DNA from: Pseudomonadota bacterium
GTDB taxonomy: Bacteria > Pseudomonadota > Alphaproteobacteria > Rhodobacterales > Rhodobacteraceae
DNA length: 64,000 nt
Direction of reading: 5' to 3'
Assembly (NCBI GenBank): GCA_039815465.1
Contig: JBCBZG010000018.1
Span: 21,377 to 85,376, forward strand
A model generated the notes under the pieces. That model saw only the letters and a list, made by a program, of their open reading frames with translations. It was not told the origin of the DNA and made no database searches. Of the stretch, positions 61,839 through 64,000 are shown in pieces (position 1 is the stretch's first letter; the number at the start of each line of letters is the position of its first letter). The position numbers and the translations under genes were made by a program.

Positions 61839-63122
61839 ATGGCTGACCTGACAACAACCGAAACAAAAGCAACCCGCGCTTGGGTGCTGCATCCTGACAT
61901 CCGCACGGAGAGCCAGCGGCGCTTGCCCGAGCATGCCCTGGCCGAAGCGGTGTCGCTTGCCGTGGCGCTCCCTGACCTCAGCGTGGAGGGGTCTGACATC
62001 GTGCGTCTGCCCAAGGCGCATCCGGGTATGCTCTTTGGCACTGGTAAGATCGCGGAGCTTGGCGCGGTCTTTAAGGCGCAGGAGATTGAGCTGGTGCTGA
62101 TTGACGGGCCGGTGACGCCCGTTCAGCAGCGCAACTTGGAACGGGAATGGAAGGTTAAGCTGCTCGACCGGACGGGGCTTATTCTGGAAATCTTCTCGGA
62201 CCGAGCGGCCACGCGTGAAGGCGTGTTGCAGGTGGAAATGGCGCATCTCAGCTACCAGCGCACGCGGCTTGTGCGTGCCTGGACCCACTTGGAACGCCAG
62301 CGGGGCGGGCTCGGGTTCGTGGGGGGGCCCGGCGAGACCCAGATCGAGGCGGACCGCCGCGCCATCGACACGCAGCTCACGCGCCTTAAGCGGCAGTTGG
62401 GCAAAGTGGTGCAAACCCGCGGTCTCCACCGGATGTCGCGGGCCAAGGTGCCCTATCCCGTGGTTGCGCTTGTGGGCTACACGAACGCGGGCAAGTCCAC
62501 GCTCTTTAACCGCCTCACGGGGGCAAAGGTGATGGCCAAAGACATGCTTTTTGCCACGCTCGACCCGACCATGCGCGCGGTGGCGCTGCCGGACGGCACG
62601 GATGTGATCATGTCTGATACGGTGGGCTTTATCTCTGACCTGCCAACAGAACTCGTCGCGGCCTTCCGCGCCACGCTGGAGGAGGTCACCGCCGCCGACA
62701 TCATCCTCCATGTCCGCGATATCGCCCACCCGGAGACGGAGCAACAATGCGCCGATGTGGCCGATATCCTAGCCGGGCTTGGCATCCCAGAGGACACCCC
62801 GCGGCTGGAGGTCTGGAACAAGATGGACGGGCTCGACCCAGAAACGTTGGAGACACGCCAGAACCAGGCCGCCCGCGACGACGCGATCTTCATGACCTCC
62901 GCGCTCACAGGGCAGGGGATGGAACCGCTCCTCGCCGATATCTCCGCCCGGCTGAAACCCAAGACACGGGTGGAAACCCTGACGCTCACCCATGCAGACG
63001 GCCGCAAACGCGCCTGGCTTTATGATCAGGGCGTCGTCACGGGAGAGGCGCAGTCAGACACAGGCGCCGAGCTCACCGTAGACTGGTCCACCACCCAGGC
63101 CGCGCGGTACGAAAAGCTCTGA
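61839..63122 (+). CDS. hflX: GTPase HflX
   Basis: Trimmed to MADLTTTE... (427 aa). G1 is GYTNAGKST, G3 is SDTVGF, G4 is NKMD. Confidence 0.95.
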   Translation: MADLTTTETKATRAWVLHPDIRTESQRRLPEHALAEAVSLAVALPDLSVEGSDIVRLPKAHPGMLFGTGKIAELGAVFKAQEIELVLIDGPVTPVQQRNLEREWKVKLLDRTGLILEIFSDRAATREGVLQVEMAHLSYQRTRLVRAWTHLERQRGGLGFVGGPGETQIEADRRAIDTQLTRLKRQLGKVVQTRGLHRMSRAKVPYPVVALVGYTNAGKSTLFNRLTGAKVMAKDMLFATLDPTMRAVALPDGTDVIMSDTVGFISDLPTELVAAFRATLEEVTAADIILHVRDIAHPETEQQCADVADILAGLGIPEDTPRLEVWNKMDGLDPETLETRQNQAARDDAIFMTSALTGQGMEPLLADISARLKPKTRVETLTLTHADGRKRAWLYDQGVVTGEAQSDTGAELTVDWSTTQAARYEKL

Positions 63123-63124
63123 TC

Positions 63125-63175
63125 TGCCTTTCTTTCGTCCAAAAATACTTCCGCCGGAGGCAACCCGGCGGCGCC
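63125..63175 (-). repeat. intergenic repeat element, copy C (3' module only, inverted)
   Basis: The reverse complement reads ccgccgg-gttgcct-ccggcgg aagtatttttggacgaaagaaagg. This is identical over 25 nt to the 3' module of copy B. Confidence 0.8.
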
Positions 63176-63236
63176 ATTCGCGTTATGTCTGGACCAGAGC
63201 GCGCCCCGCGCCACACACCCCATCGAAGGAGCGCCC

Positions 63237-63470
63237 ATGCTCGAAGACAAACGCAAAGACCTCGATGCGGAGCGCCGCAAGGTCCTGCTCCAGCGGCTGG
63301 TGACGGAATTGAGCCAGGAAAGCCCAGATGTGTACTACTTGCCCACCGCGCAGATCGCGATGATGATCCATGGCGATGTGGAATCGGGTCGGGGGCTCAA
63401 CGGGGATGAACGCGCGTTGCTGCGCCCGCTCAGCGCCCGCGACATCGAGGTGATCTTGAGCCTGCGGTGA
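63237..63470 (+). CDS. hypothetical 77-aa protein
   Basis: GAAGGAG lies 7 nt upstream of the ATG. Charged, helical-looking sequence with no recognisable motif. Confidence 0.55.
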   Translation: MLEDKRKDLDAERRKVLLQRLVTELSQESPDVYYLPTAQIAMMIHGDVESGRGLNGDERALLRPLSARDIEVILSLR

Positions 63471-63475
63471 CGGAC

Positions 63476-64000
63476 TTACCGCGGTTCGAGCACCGTCACG
63501 CCAATCGCGGCCGCCCGCGCGAGCTCGGGGTCGAGCGACATGGTTACGTATTCGCCGCGCCGCCACAGCTCCCCCAGGTCGTCATAGTGGCGCGACAAGA
63601 GATGCCCCGACTGCCCCGTGGAGATGATGAAGACTGACGAGTCCGGGTCCGCGAAATCATAGACGCCGCGATAGCCCGCGCCGTGCACGTTGCGGAACGG
63701 CTGGGGCCCTGTGCCGCGCGTCTTGGCCCGTTGCAGCGTGTGATCGCCGCCTGACGTCGACTGCCTAATGTTCACAAACCAACGCAGGCCCCGGATGTCG
63801 CCCAGCACCGGATGATCATGGGTGGCCTCATGGGCGTCCCCCCAACGGAGGGAGGAGATGCGGGCATTCCCATAAGTCTCCTCAATCCACAGGATCGCGT
63901 CGTCGAGCGCGAGGCGCGCGATGTCCGTGCAGCTTTCGACCACAGCCGACTGCACCACGTCGCACCAGGCCGCCGCGCCGTCTACGTCCCGGTAGACTCG
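63476..64000 (-). CDS. penicillin acylase (Ntn-hydrolase) family protein, C-terminal part (gene continues beyond window end)
   Basis: ...FIISTGQSGHLLSRHYDDLGELWRRGEYVTM... is the typical family C-terminus. The frame stays open from 63958 to 64000. Confidence 0.8.
   Translation of the reverse strand, partial: RVYRDVDGAAAWCDVVQSAVVESCTDIARLALDDAILWIEETYGNARISSLRWGDAHEATHDHPVLGDIRGLRWFVNIRQSTSGGDHTLQRAKTRGTGPQPFRNVHGAGYRGVYDFADPDSSVFIISTGQSGHLLSRHYDDLGELWRRGEYVTMSLDPELARAAAIGVTVLEPR

Overview
GC-rich alphaproteobacterial chromosome, with gene content and order typical of Rhodobacterales (roseobacter/Rhodobacter type). The window is almost entirely core housekeeping DNA. I found no rRNA, tRNA, CRISPR, transposase or integrase. 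Main blocks in order: (1) miaA (partial) and the envelope cluster pyrH-frr-uppS-cdsA-rseP-bamA-skp-fabZ-lpxA-lpxI-lpxB. (2) A MIP channel, mnmA, then the cell-cycle pair sciP-ctrA, followed by ligA-recG. (3) nifU-like, hisI, gluQ, trmFO and acyl-CoA genes. (4) A DUF1127/MocR pair, a zinc-ribbon/membrane pair and rplM-rpsI. (5) LysR plus a PotBCA-like ABC importer. (6) A minus-strand string of tetR-ppk2-hydrolase-metA-P-loop protein-DMT-fadL-like-DMT-secreted protein-methyltransferase-guaA. (7) A frameshifted mttB-family gene. (8) A divergent DUF6477-like/GafA-like pair. (9) hpt, ratA/COQ10-like, pncC, pgpA. (10) The conserved dusB(nifR3)-ntrBC-ntrYX-trkAH-hfq-hflX block, then a partial penicillin-acylase gene. 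Many ORF-track entries are longest-ORF calls, so I trimmed starts where RBS, overlap or homology logic supported it. The many long antisense ORFs are high-GC artefacts. Most interesting observations: (a) An unannotated 205-aa protein directly downstream of ctrA has a C-terminus that reads like a histidine-kinase DHp/H-box hairpin with no ATPase domain, and two CtrA-type boxes sit upstream. (b) Downstream of recG there is a compact module of an alphaproteobacterial SOS box (GTTC-N7-GTTC), a 37-aa membrane peptide and a terminator, making it a SidA/TisB-like candidate. (c) A GafA-like gene-transfer-agent activator locus has CtrA-type and direct-repeat promoter elements. (d) A modular, hairpin-rich intergenic repeat family is present in three copies, with compensatory stem changes between copies. 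(e) The mttB-family methyltransferase gene carries a 1-nt frameshift. All functional calls rest on motif recognition by eye and recalled family knowledge. No database search was run.
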